From: the human T2T-CHM13v2.0 reference genome, Homo sapiens
Assembly: GCF_009914755.1 (NCBI RefSeq)
Contig: NC_060947.1
DNA: 64,000 bases
Direction: 5' to 3' (one strand)
Shown piece after piece: positions 31,420-44,994 of the stretch. Under the pieces are notes generated by a model. The model searched no databases, was not told the DNA's origin, and saw only the letters and a list, made by a program, of their open reading frames with translations. The translations under genes and the position numbers were made by a program. Position 1 is the first letter of the stretch. Each line of letters opens with the position of its first letter.

Positions 31420-32390
31420 CTTACGGCCTTGTGGATAGTTTCTGTGTATGCAAAAAGCTTCCGACAGCAAGCAGCTATGTTACTCAGTCCAAATAATTTT
31501 TCTGGCCCCATGGTATGCTCCACACTTTGTGAGGCAGGCCTGAAAGACCAAGGAGTTAACACTCCAAAGAGCAACTCTTAATCAATGTGCGAGAGGAGGT
31601 AGTGAATAAATACCTTACCTTCCTATTCTCCAGTGAGGCAATTCCAGTATGTGTTCCAAACAGATTTTAAAAGGTTCCTGGTGAGATTGAGCCCGTTACA
31701 CACAGCGGTAACCTGCTCACTAACATACCTTTTAGTGGCTCTTCTCCCTTCTTTGTTTTACTTCCCCAAACCCTTGCCGAACTTCCTGAGATCATCTCCC
31801 ATGTAAACTACTGGTACCCTCCAACAAAGTGTATTTTTCAAAGACAGCTACACCGATATATCCCATTCCATGTGCTCTTCTTACAATGTGACATTGGTAC
31901 TTTTTCATAGAGAGGTAGGGTGTTTATTTTTTCCGTTTCAATCTGCGTTGGCCTGTGACTGTGGCGGAAGAAACATACGTTATTGATAAAGCTAGATCAT
32001 AAGCAGGCAGTACAGCTCCCATCTGGCTTTTTTGAGAGGCTCACTCTTGGAACCCAGCTACTCTGCTATGAGGAAGCCAAACAGCTACACAGAAAGGCCA
32101 GATGTAGGTGCTCCAGACCACAACCCCAGCTAAGATCCCAGCTGGCTTCCAGGATCAATGTCAAACATGTGATTAAGTCTTCAAATGATTCTTGTCCCAG
32201 CTATAAGCAGAGCAGAGACAAGATGTCCCCATTGGGCCATGCCTAAATTGCAGATTTGTGATGAAAATAAATGCTGTCATTGTTTTAAGACATTAGATGT
32301 TGAAGTGGTTCATTACTTAGCCATAGATAATCAGAACATACCCAAATTCTCATCTTAGGGTCTGCTTTGGGAAGAACCCCAAACTAACAG
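31420..32390 (+). mobile_element. LTR16A-type LTR interrupted by an MLT1 LTR
   Basis: ttcctgagatcatctcccatgtaaactactggtaccc resumes as aaattctcatcttagggtctgctttgggaagaaccccaaactaaca. Confidence 0.75.
31820..32338 (+). mobile_element. MLT1G-type solo LTR
   Basis: Perfect 5-bp TSD TACCC (31815-31819, 32339-32343); ends atagataatcagaaca. Confidence 0.8.
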
Positions 32391-34156
32391 TATAAAAGGT
32401 CATTCAACGACTCAATGGCAGTAAGTTAAATGTGAACCCAAACTGCCTACTCAGAGCCCATGCCATGTCCACTACACCCCACTGACTGCTCATTCAGTCA
32501 AGGAGCTATTTGCTCTCCTAAATATAGAGGCCTCAATGTCTCTAAGGAAGAAGGCATGAGGGCATTGTACTCCTCACAATTCTTGTTATATAATAGATAC
32601 TAAATCTGAATACAAAACAGTCCTGAATGATTGTGCCTCAATTTTTTTCACTGTTCTTAACTCTGACATCCTAAATCCTACCCATTATTCTGGGTACTTT
32701 TGCCAGTTTCAACCCGGGAAAAAAACTTAAAGGACATTATTGCAAAGGAGAAGAGCAATATAAATAGCTAATTATAGGTTTTGATAGGTTTCGCTTTTCA
32801 TCAGAGTATTCTCAGCTGAGCAGTAAGATCTAGGCACAGTTTCAACAAATTACAGATTTTAAAAAAGTGAATAGTGATTCATCTAGATTTCTTTCCAATG
32901 TAGAGTTTGGGTTAACTTTGCTAACAAAAGGGTATAGATCTGGAAACACAGACTGTATTTTCTTAAGGAATTTTTACCCAATAGATTTGTCTTCTTAAGA
33001 GGAGTAGATTACTAAAATTAATCTGTAAGGATAAAATTCAGAATCTGATCCAAAATATAATTGTGATTCGCACTACTAAAACCAAATTAAAAGGCAATTC
33101 CAATATTGTTACTCCCTAAAAATATTACCCACCACATTAAATCCACTGCAGCACATTCAAACAAAGACCTGATAAATTAGCACATGAAAAGAATAAATCT
33201 TTACTTCTCTAAAGTTCTCAGTAGTATTATGAACACAGTACTATTGTTACTTACCAGAGGTTAACAACAAGAACATCAATTTCAAAGGTACAGAACAACT
33301 CTATCAAACCTTTCAATCTGTCACTGCGACTTTCTTTGTAAAATATGCTGCTGCAGCTATTTCAGTGGATATATTTAACCTAACTGAATTTCTTTTGATA
33401 AAATTTATTTACTGAAATAAGATCTCTGTTTTAACTCCATCACTCAACCTTTGGCATCTACTTCATCCATGATTAATTTAAGAGCCAGCTGGCATTTTCC
33501 TTAATGCTAACATATTTGCTTAATAAAATATATCTTAAGATTGGTTTCTGGCCCATTCTTCCATTTTGAAACAAAACAATGATCAATAAAATATATCTTT
33601 TGAAAATGTTAACGGATTTCAACCAAATCCAATTAGAGGTAGAGTTTGAGAGATTTCACTAGTGAAGTCTGGTCCATTTATCTATTTAACAGCAGTGATA
33701 AAAACAGTACTTCTACATAAACAGGTAATTGCAAGATTCATTTATTGAGCACTGAATCTCCTAGAAGGTATGATAATTACTAAATGAATCCTTGCTTTCT
33801 GTTGGGTCACAGGTATTGGTCAGAATGTTTTCTGAGATGGAATCAGAATCATTAAAATCTCTTTCAGTTGCATGCAATTCCTCAGCTATGCCCAAGACTT
33901 CTAGGACTAAGAATGCGCCCATAAAAGATGTCTTATTTTTATCGAAAAGTCATATAAACATTTTGCATTATTACTCCTGTTTTTCTGGCTTCCTGTGGAA
34001 TTTTAACATACATAAGACCTGGTACTTTTGAATTTCTTATCTGGGCTATGGCAGCAGAGTTAAGAGAAAATATTAATAGCACCTGGGAATTAAAAGCATA
34101 TTAGTGATGGTTATGCCCTATGGTTAATGAGCACATGGTAGTCCCGCCTTTCCTTA

Positions 34157-34612
<456 letters not shown>

Positions 34613-36057
34613 TCAACCTGGAAGGATCTTTGGGTCTTATAATCCAGTCTCCTACACAGTGCCAGAATCTCCCTCCTACATCTATCCCAACAAGAAGAAA
34701 ATTTCTGCTGCAAAAATCTTTTAATTTCTAGACCTACCTGTAGTCCTCAGGGTATTAGCAACTAGCCAATACAGAGGAGGAGACCTCCTCAAGCTTGTAT
34801 TTGCTTTGAGCAAGAAGCAATAGGCAAAGGAGAGAACCAAATACTGAAACTCTTGCCCTATCTCCCTCCTCCTCTGGGTTTAGCTTTATGATATCTTTTC
34901 AGGAATGATATATTTTCCATCACCCAGCATAGGCCCTGGTAAATAATAGGTGTTCAATATATTTTGAATGTTGAATAGGTAAAACAAAGACCTTTTGCCA
35001 CTCCAAATATCCCTTCATACTCTCTTTAATATTTGAAACTCTTTAATAGGAGACAAAGGCTAAACTATAAATAACACATGAGAACTAAGAGTTCAAATGA
35101 ACATGGAAATCAAGAGTTTACTTTTTTAAGATAATTCATTTCCCGTAACTCCAAAAACAGATATCGCGTACTTTATTCTGTTTAATAATGGGGCAAGGGT
35201 TGGAGCACAGAGAAGGAACTAGTTAAACGGATACATTTTACTAAACGTATCCTTTTATTTAATTATAATGCTGTTCAGAATAATTTGAGGTGGGATTCTT
35301 TTAGAATACACTTGGGTTTTTGTTGGTCCTAAGAAAAGATGAGAGGAGAAGCACAATAAGACAGAATTACAAGGCAGAATAAAAAATGATAGCGCACAGG
35401 AATTAGTTTGCCAGAAAGTAACACCACCTTCCTTCAAGACTAATACTGTGCTACACTCCTGGAAACCTATTTCCAGGAGAAATAGAGAGGGTAAGTGCCA
35501 AAATATGGATCTAGCGTAGAATTTACAACAGAACACTCTGCAATATCTCTGGAAACACAGAGAGATCAACTCAATGTCTAAGGGCTAGAAGCAGTTCTCA
35601 GCTGAGACCCCTTGGCAAGAAGAATCCCTCTCTACTCCTCTCCATTGTTCTTCCTTCTTTACTCACACTTCCTTTCTCCCACATCAATCAATGTCAAATA
35701 CATTTCTTTCCCTTTTACCCATGTCCATAATGTTTGGAATAACATTTCTGTGGTGCCAATTGTAATCCCAAAAGACACAATCCCAAACATCAAAATCCCC
35801 AAAGATCAAAATTCCTAAAGTGTAAAATCCCCATAATCACAATCCTAAAAGATTAAATTTCCAAATGTTGAAATCCTGAAAGTAAAATTCTGGAGAAGGG
35901 ATTCGTGCATTTTCAGTTGTACGTAGGATACCTGCATCGTGTTAGTTGCATCATGTTAAATGGAACTATCACCTTGTTATTATCTTCATTCGTAAATTAA
36001 GTATGGTTTAGGAAAATGTGTATGGGTGCCAAGTGGACAATTTTAGGTGTCAAGTTG

Positions 36058-36672
36058 ACAATTTTAGGTGTCAACTTGACTGGATTAAGGAACACCTAGA
36101 AATGTGGCAAAGCATTATTTTAGGCGTGGGTGTCAAGGTGTTTACAGAGGAGATTAATGTGTGAGTCTAAGTGGACTAGGTAGGGAAAATCTGCCCTCAG
36201 TGTGAGCAGGTACCATCCAATCAGCTGGGGGCCCAGAGAGAACAAATACTGAGAGGAAACTGATTTCTCTGAGAGCTGGAACAGATTTTTCTTTTGCTGC
36301 CTTGGACATCAGAACTACAGGCTTGCTGGCTTTTGGACTTCAGGACTCACACCAGCAGTCTCTCTGGGTCCTGAGGCTTTTGGACTTGGACTATGAGTTA
36401 TACCATTGGCATCCCTGCTTGTGAGGCCTTTGGACTTAAACACAGCCATGCTACCAACATCCCAGGGTCTCCAGCTTTCACATGACCTGTCGTGGAACTT
36501 CTCAGCCTCCATAATCACATGAACAAACGGCCCTAATAAATCTCCTCTCTCATACATACATATACATATATATATGAATTCATACATACATATACATATA
36601 TATGAATTCATACATATATGTATATATATGAATATGTCCTATTGGTTCTGTCTCTCTGGAGAACCCTAACAC
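36058..36672 (+). mobile_element. MLT2B-type LTR inside Ricksha
   Basis: aattttaggtgtcaacttgactggattaagg...tcctattggttctgtctctctggagaaccctaac. Confidence 0.88.
36551..36636. repeat. (CATA/TA)n microsatellite with a 28-30 bp higher-order unit
   Basis: catacatacatatacatatata(ta)tgaatt twice plus a degenerate third copy. Confidence 0.9.
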
Positions 36673-36730
36673 AAATTTGGTATTGGGGAAGCTGAATATC
36701 ATTTCTTCTTACTGTGTTTCTTGAAACACA

Positions 36731-37020
36731 CTGGAAGAGATCTGTGAAATTGTTCCCTGATGAAAATGCTGCAATAAGTGTATGACGCTACTTAATGGTG
36801 AAAGATAAAAGTTTAAAAGCTAATTATTATTGCTGTCGCAAAAGCAGAAAGTCACTTAATTGTAAAGGCCAAGCAATGACCAGACTTTCAAATGAAGAGC
36901 ATTAAGTTACAAAATTTGTAGACCACAACCACTCTCCAGATACAAGTGCCACAAGTGTTTTGACGATCACAGATGAAGTGGAAATGCAGGTGAAAAACAA
37001 GAACTCTCCCGTCCCAAATT
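36731..37020 (+). pseudogene. Disrupted MULE transposase N-terminus (FLYWCH-type zinc finger)
   Basis: From 36789: YLMVKDKSLKANYYCCRKSRKSLNCKGQAMTRLSNEEH*VTKFVDHNHSP, with stops and an upstream frameshift. Confidence 0.75.
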
Positions 37021-39141
37021 ATTTGATCATGTATGACTTCTGCCCCTTTACACTTGGCATTGATTCACTATGCTATGTATTTCATCTTTGCATCATTTCT
37101 GACACTGGAGGCCCGCATTTTGTAAATATTTTAGATAACTCTAATGAATTGTATGCTTTTTTTTTTTTTTGCAGATTTGACTCTGCAGAAGTGCAATATC
37201 ACAATGTTGACTTTCTGTGTAAGCACTGTGCATGCTGAAATTTTCTCATTAAATAAAGAGATGTCCTTTGTATACACCTGCATTTGTGAAAAGTAAAACA
37301 TCTCAAGATCTCAGCTCTTTGAGTGACTACATATGCAGTGATAGCTCATTGTGGGTTTTCATCAATCCTTTCAAAAGACACAGGTTGTTAATCACGGTAT
37401 TTCTGATGACTGGTTATAAAGCCTGGTGCATACAATTACCAATCACAATGATATTTATTTATACATTTTGCTTTTTAACCTGTTATGAATATAGTTCATC
37501 TGCTCATAATGGCTATACCCATGCAACTGTTATTAATATACCTGAGTGTTCATACTTGCAGAAATATGTAGGCAATTATTGCCTATTTTGCTATATAAAG
37601 TAGCCTATGAAGTACCCTGTTGTGTTTTTATGTTTCTCAATCTCCTTTTTAAAATATAAATAAATGTCTTTTAAATAATTTTTTAAAATTATTTTTTCCA
37701 GAATTATGTTTTTGGGATTTAGAACTTTTGAGATTTCAACATTCAGGATTATGGCACTTGAGATTGTGTCTTTCACGACAGTGGCCCAAACCCCTGTTCC
37801 CAATACACAACTTAGATGCCCTCGTGAAAACAAGAGTTTTCCATATTAGCGTCATGCTCCATCTTTTTTCATCCAACCTCTCAAATATCAGTGCTATATC
37901 AGATCAAACAAGTATTCACTCCAGCCCCTGGGATGTAGTGACTGGTACTCTACCCCTGTTTAGAAGTCATTAGCTCTTTCATGCCAATTATTACTCACAG
38001 ATCCTGATGAACTTCAATCTCAGCTTACTTCTTCCCTGAACCCCAAAGTACTGTTGTGACATGCATACTCTATGCAAGCATTCAGAAAGATTAAATAAAT
38101 TTTCATAAAACTTATCTTAAAATCTATAAAGAAAATATTAATTGAATAAGCATTGCCAGAGACATGAAGCGCCATTAGAGAAAATAAAGTAATAGCCATT
38201 AGTTCCCCACAAATCTTTTATAGGATGGAAGATATCTGTTTGGTTAGGTTTAAGCTTAGTATACCCAGTGGCAAAGAGGGTTTGACAAACTCAGAAGTTC
38301 ATTGGTAATTTCTTACTTAAGTAGATCTGGTTTCCATATTTTAAAGTGGAAAACATGAGCATGTCAAAATCAAATATGAAAAACTCAAAGGTATTGGCTG
38401 TAGTTGATCATCTTCCAAAGGTATAAAGACATGTTTCCTCTGAATTTTCAAATAAAAAAAATTTCTAGTTTAAATTAGTTCCTTCCAACCTCACCTCATC
38501 TAACAACCTTTTCCTCCTAACAAGTAGCTTTAGAATAACAATAATTCAATATTTTCCCATCTAGTTATTCATTACTATGCTATTACAAGTAAGAGCTGGG
38601 TTATTGAAAACGTTGTTTGTATTTCATAACATAGATACATGACAGACTGGTTTATGCATCATTTTTTATCTGTATGTCATTAGTCATTTTGTCCATTTTG
38701 TTTTAGGGTGGTTAACGTTGTGGGGGTTCTCTACGTCCTTCACATCTTAAATTAAAGCAGTCTTTTGTTCAGTCTGTATAAATATGTTATGCTTGTTGGA
38801 CAATGTTCAGAAAATATGAGTTAAAAAATAAGTTTAAAATACATGTAATACAGGAGAAAACATAGGGGAAAAGGTTCTTGACATAGGTCTGCACAATAAT
38901 TTTTTGGTTATGATACCAAAAGCACAGGCAACAAAGGCAAAAACAGACAAATGGGACTACATCAAACTAAAAAGCTTCTCCACAGCAAACAAAATAATCA
39001 ACAGAGTGAAAATCTACCTACAGAATGGGAGCAAATATTTGTAAACCATATATCTGATGAAGGGTTAATATCCAAAAAATATAGGAATTCATGCAACTCA
39101 CTAGCAAACCCACAAATAGCTCAATTAAAAAATAGGCAAAG

Positions 39142-39184
39142 TGGTGTACTCTCAGTCATAACAGTAAATAAATTAAGCTTTGAA
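39142..39184 (+). other. Very short retroposed insert (AATAAA plus A-tail) with a 15-bp TSD
   Basis: AAAAAATAGGCAAAG at 39127-39141 and 39185-39199 flanks tggtgtactctcagtcataacagtaaataaattaagctttg. Confidence 0.8.
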
Positions 39185-39885
39185 AAAAAATAGGCAAAGG
39201 ACCTCAGTAGACATCTCTCAAAAGAAGACATACAAATGGCTAACGGGTATATGAAAAAATGCAAATCAAAACCACAGTGAGATCTCACCTCACACTGGTT
39301 AGCATCTATCACCAGAAAGATAAAACATAACAAGTGTTGGGGAGAATGTGGAGGAAAGAGAATATGGTTGGTTTGAAACATAAATTGGTACAGAGGTTCC
39401 CCTTAAAAAATTAAAAATAGACATACCTCATGATCCAACAATTCCACTACTAGGTAAAAATGAAAACATTATCTCAAAAAGACATTTGCACTCCCACATT
39501 CATTTCAGCAATATTCACAATAGCCAAGATACAGAAACAGACTAAATGGATTTTAAAAAATGAGAGATGCACACACACACACATTCCCACAATGAAATAT
39601 TATTCAGCCTTAAAAGATAAGGAAATGCTACCATTTACAACAACATGGATGAACCTAGAGGACATTAAACCAGATGCAGATATGGTCTCGCTTATATATA
39701 GAATCTAAAAATATCAAATTCATAGAAACAGAAGTCCAATGGTCATTACCAGGGGTTGAAAGGAGGGAGATACGGGGAAATGTTGGCAAGGAGGTACAAA
39801 GTTTCAACTATACAAGAAAAAAAAGTAAGTTCTGGAGATCTAATGTGCAATGATGAGACTATAGTTAACAAAACAGTATCTGTCT

Positions 39886-40168
<283 letters not shown>

Positions 40169-40479
40169 ACAATACAGTATTTCATACTTGAAATTTGCTA
40201 AGAGGGTAGTAGAACTTAAGTGTTTTCACCACACTTGAAAAAAATGGTAACTCTGTGAGGTGATATACACGTTAATTAGTTTGTTGGTGGTGAATATTTC
40301 ACAATGTATGTATATATCAAATCAATCAAATTTACACCTCAAATATATGTAATTTTTAATTCTCAACTATATCTCAATAAACTTGGGAAAAACATCTTGC
40401 AAGCTGGCCCTAAATTGTGGAAAGTACTGAATCCATGCTCTTAAACTATAGTGTCCAACCTTTTGTGATCAGACATGCT

Positions 40480-40850
40480 ATTTATTCATTCACTTATTGA
40501 ATAGTAGGTATTTATTGAATATTTACTATGTGCTAGGCATGCTTCTAGACTATGGATCAGCAAACTTTTTCTGTAAGGGGCCAGAGAGTAAATATTTTCA
40601 CTTTTTCAGGCCATAGGCTCCCTTCCACACCTCCTCAACTGTGCCTTTATAATGTGAACACAGCAGCTACAGACAATACACAAATGAATAAGTGTGGCTA
40701 TATTCCAACAAAATGTTATGTGTGAAAAAATGAGTCAGCCCAGATTTGAACTGTGGGTAGTAGTCTGACAACCTTTGGTCTTGACTCTTAAGATATTCAG
40801 TGAACAAAACAGACAAAAATCCCTTTCCTCATGGAAGTTACATTCTAAAA
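40480..40850 (-). mobile_element. L2 3' end interrupted by MER58A
   Basis: tatttattgaatatttactatgtgctaggca ... cagtgaacaaaacagacaaaaatccctttcctcatggaagttacattcta. Confidence 0.8.
40551..40777. mobile_element. MER58A (hAT-Charlie MITE)
   Basis: tcagcaaactttttctgtaaggggccagagagtaaatatttt; degenerate 8-bp TSD TTCTAGAC/GTCTTGAC. Confidence 0.85.
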
Positions 40851-40859
40851 AAAAAAATC

Positions 40860-41500
40860 TGTAAAAACATTAGCATTTATCTCCAAAATATGTATATGAA
40901 TTTATTTTTAAGATATATCTGCATTAATGGCATGTAAGTACATTGTGTTGTATACATCATTAAATGTACCCAATATTATAAATTACAAGCAATAAGATAA
41001 AAATATTTTAAATATTTTTAATACTTTATTCACTTTTTTCACTAAAATTATAACTATCTTTATATTTTAGTGAGAACAATGTGATTGAATAATGCTTTAT
41101 AACTTTCAATAAGTGTCAATATTTTTTAAATTGTGGTTTAACAGCTTATGATTCAAATCTATACCAGTTATTTTAGATATTTGGTTTTGGTGGCTGTCAT
41201 GGTAGAAAATTCACCTCGCAAAAATATATAGCTCCAAATGGAAGAATTGAATTTTTGGCTGTGCTTATTAAAACATGATTATCATTTTTAAATCTCAATT
41301 GCCAATTATGCAAAGAGTTTCATTAAATTTTTGGCTTGTACATTTACATCTTCCTCATTGTAAATGGGTTGTTACTAACAACTAATTGGAAGGTAAATAA
41401 ACATTTGTTGACTTACTGAATAAATGAATAAAAATTCATTGAAACCATTTGAAAGATTTTTAAAGATGTTTCCAAGTTGATAAAGTATGTTAATGAGAGT
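40860..41500 (-). mobile_element. hAT-Charlie transposase C-terminal relic
   Basis: Minus strand near 41175-41245 reads ILPFGAIYFCEV...STMTATKTKY, matching the hAT dimerization motif LPFxSTYLCExxFS. Confidence 0.7.
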
Positions 41501-41501
41501 C

Positions 41502-41769
<268 letters not shown>

Positions 41770-42007
41770 TTACATGGTTTTAACCAACAAACTATCATCA
41801 CTAAAATTTAAGGCACATAAATATACCAACTAACAGTACGTTGGGGGATGGAAAGAGTGATGAGACCATTGTCAAAGTCTTCATGCAGTAGAATACTCAC
41901 AGTTCCCCAAAGGAAGTTCTCCTAAGTAATGTAGCACATGACTTAGCACATTCAGCAAGCAGAAGAGGAGAGAAGTTCAAAGTCAATCCTTATGTTTAAT
42001 ATCAGTA

Positions 42008-42113
42008 TTTTTTCTTTCTTTTTTCATTCTTCCTTCTTTTTTCTCCTTCCCTCCTTCCTTCTTTCCTTCCTCCCTTCCTCCCTCCCTCCCTTCCTTCCTT
42101 CCCTTTCCTTTTT
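42008..42113. repeat. Polypyrimidine (CCTT/CCCT)n tract
   Basis: Only one purine (42026) in 106 nt. Confidence 0.95.
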
Positions 42114-44467
42114 AAATATAGGGTTAAATATACTCCATGCATCACGTCTTACACACTTTGGGGCTCACTTTGAAGAAAACTACTCTTGAGAGCTATTTAT
42201 TTTGTGTGTATTTTGCATTCAAAGAGTGCCCTTTCCAACACTATTTTCTATTTGTATAGGATTTCAACCTGTATTGTTAGATGTAACTGAGAGATTCTGC
42301 CAGTCTGGTTCACCTTCTCTGTGTGCGTATTTTGGAGAGTAACAATTTCCCATCACGGCACACTTGCCGTAAGAATGCAGAGAAAACTCAGATTCGATGA
42401 ATCTCTTTCATTCACACCTAACTCAAGCACAACCATCTCTCTGGGTAGCTATTTTTGCTTTCTAACTTCTATGTCTGCTCCTCTCCGGAAGTTAAGCATC
42501 ATTAAACTTTAACTATCTGAACTGTTTGGCAGAATCTCCAAAACTTCAGATGAACTTTAGCCAAGTTTTCTGTGTCCCTAATGAGAGGTTATTAATCAAT
42601 AGTATGTTTGTAGTCATGAAAGGGCTGTTTAGAATTTTAATAAATGTCATCTAGAAAATTAACAAAAAAGTAATTAAGAAGATTTATTACCTGATTCCCT
42701 ATCACCTTCATGGTCAAACCAAAGGAAAGTGCGATAAAGAATGAGGATTACTAAAACCCGAACACTTTTATAAATATGTTCTCAGAAACATCCCCAAATA
42801 GCCAGAAAGCTCAGCACTGGTCTTTCCCTGCTCAGGTGATATTCTACAGCATTTTTCACAATGTTAGGTAATTAGTTGTTTATTTCTCCAACCACTCCCC
42901 CAACTCTGGAAGGAATTTTAGCATAGGGAATTTTATTCGTTTTCTTTTTTGTGTCCTCTAACACACAGCAGTGTTCTCTTAGCATTTGCTGAAATTAAAT
43001 AGAATATTGTGGAAGTTCCCAAGGCCATTTTAAATCTTCTTGAACCACAATTGAAGAAAACCTCAAAATATTTAACTTCATCTTGTGTTCCTGAAAAATA
43101 GATGGAAAATACTTCCTTCTTTGTGTAGTTGTTTTAATTTAGGAAAACCCTTGTGTAAATATCATCATGCCTTGTAGCACCGAGCATTCTTCATGAAGTG
43201 TATTTCAAATACATGGAGTTTAAAATATGAAATTAGTTTGACCTCGCCTTCTTATAAAAGGAATAGTTCAAACTGTCATTATTTGCAGATGACATGATCA
43301 ACCACACCAAAAAATCTACCAAAATCACAGACAAACCCAGAACTAATAAGAAAGTTCAGTGAGGTTACTAGATACATCAACTTTTAAAACAAACAGCATT
43401 CTTCTGTATCAAGAACAACCAACTAGAAAATATAAACATATACCATTAACGAGAGCATCAAGTTCTATAAAATATCTAGAAATTAACTTCATTCAAAATA
43501 CACGAGACTGCTATAGAAAATTTTTAATTCAATGAAAGAACACAAAAGAAAAACAATAAATGAGAATTTCATACTTTTGAAAGGATGACTTAATATTTTA
43601 AATATGTTGATTTTCCCCAAATTGATCTATAAATTCAATGCAATTCTAATAAATATTCCAGCGGGATTTATTTTGATGAACTTGATAAACTTCTTCTAAA
43701 ATTTGCCTAGAAGTCTAAAGCTCTACAAATAGCTAAGTTGACTTTGAAAAAGAAGATCATAAAGTAAGAAACTGCTTTATCAGGTATTAAAACATATTAA
43801 AAGTCATAATAAAAAAGACAGAATGGTCTTGGTGTAAGAATGAACAAGAACACCAGTGGAGCAGAAGGATGAATCATAATAGAACTATGTAGGACTATGT
43901 CCCTAATATACAATAAAGATGGCACCATACACAAATCAAAAAATGAATCATTTAGTGTACAGTGTGGGAAAATCCTTTTTGACAAAAATTAAACTGAATT
44001 TCTATATAACATCTCACAAAAGTTGGACTCCAAGTGGATTAAAGACCTAAATATAAAAAGTAAAATTAAAAAGTAATAAAAGATAATGTAAGAGAATAGT
44101 TTCATAACCCTGAGATAGGCAAAGATTTTAAACCCAAAAATCATGATCTATAAGGTGAAACGCAAATGAGTATTATTATAGCAAAATGAAGGATTTTGTT
44201 CAACGACTAAATCAAACAGATGACAGAACAGGACAAGTAATTTGAAAAGTCTAAAACTGACAGGGAACTAATATTTGGAATATAAAAGGAACACCTACAT
44301 AATAGGGACCCGTGACAAAATGAGCCAAGGAAATGAACAGTCAATTAAGTCAAGAAGAAACCCTCGCATATTAAGAGATGCTCAAACTCACTAGTAATTA
44401 GAGAAATGTACCACTTTAATGTATCACACTTTTAATGTATCAGATTAGCAAAAATTGGAAAACTGGA

Positions 44468-44994
44468 ATTCCTGTTACTATTGCTACAAAACAAACTACC
44501 ACAAAACTTAGTTGTCTAAAACAGCAACAATCATCTTATTATTTCTCACGGTCTCTATGGAATAGAGATTCATTAAGGGCTTGGCTGGGAAGTTCTGGCC
44601 CAACATCAGATGTCCGGAACTAGAAAGGCTGGAGTTGACCAGGCATCTCCCCTCACGTAGCCTTCTCCTTGGGGTCCATCACATAGGCTACTTTGGGATT
44701 CCTCATAAGCGTGGTTGACTCAAGAAAGTCAGTCCTCTTACATGGTAGCTCAGGACCCCAGGGCAAGTGTTCCAGCAGGCAAGGTGAAATCTGTATCATC
44801 TCTTAGGATCTGGCTTCGAAACTCACACAGTGTTACTTTGCCATGTTCCTTTGGCTGAAACAGTCACAAAAGGCTGCCCACATTCAAGAGGAGGAGAATT
44901 GGACTCCACTTTTTGATGGTGAATGGCAAGTTTCTTAGAAGAACAAGTGGGATGGAAGATTGCAGCTATCTTTGGAAAAATGTAATCTGCCACA
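44468..44994 (-). mobile_element. MLT1G-type LTR
   Basis: ttactattgctacaaaacaaactaccacaaaacttag...ctttggaaaaatgtaatctgccaca. Confidence 0.8.

Larger units (their letters stand above)
35752..37793. mobile_element. Ricksha (non-autonomous MULE/MuDR DNA transposon carrying an ERVL LTR)
   Basis: Inverted ends aaagacacaatccca / tgagattgtgtcttt with repeated AATCCC units; internal MLT2B LTR and FLYWCH-like relic. Confidence 0.85.

Noticed and set aside
33792-34031. Open frames on both strands in unique DNA
   Set aside because: No recognisable homology, start context or paired splice sites.
38951-39708. ORFs resembling L1 ORF2 (KDICTPTFISAIFTIAK)
   Set aside because: Frameshifted fossil L1MA fragments that cannot encode a functional protein.
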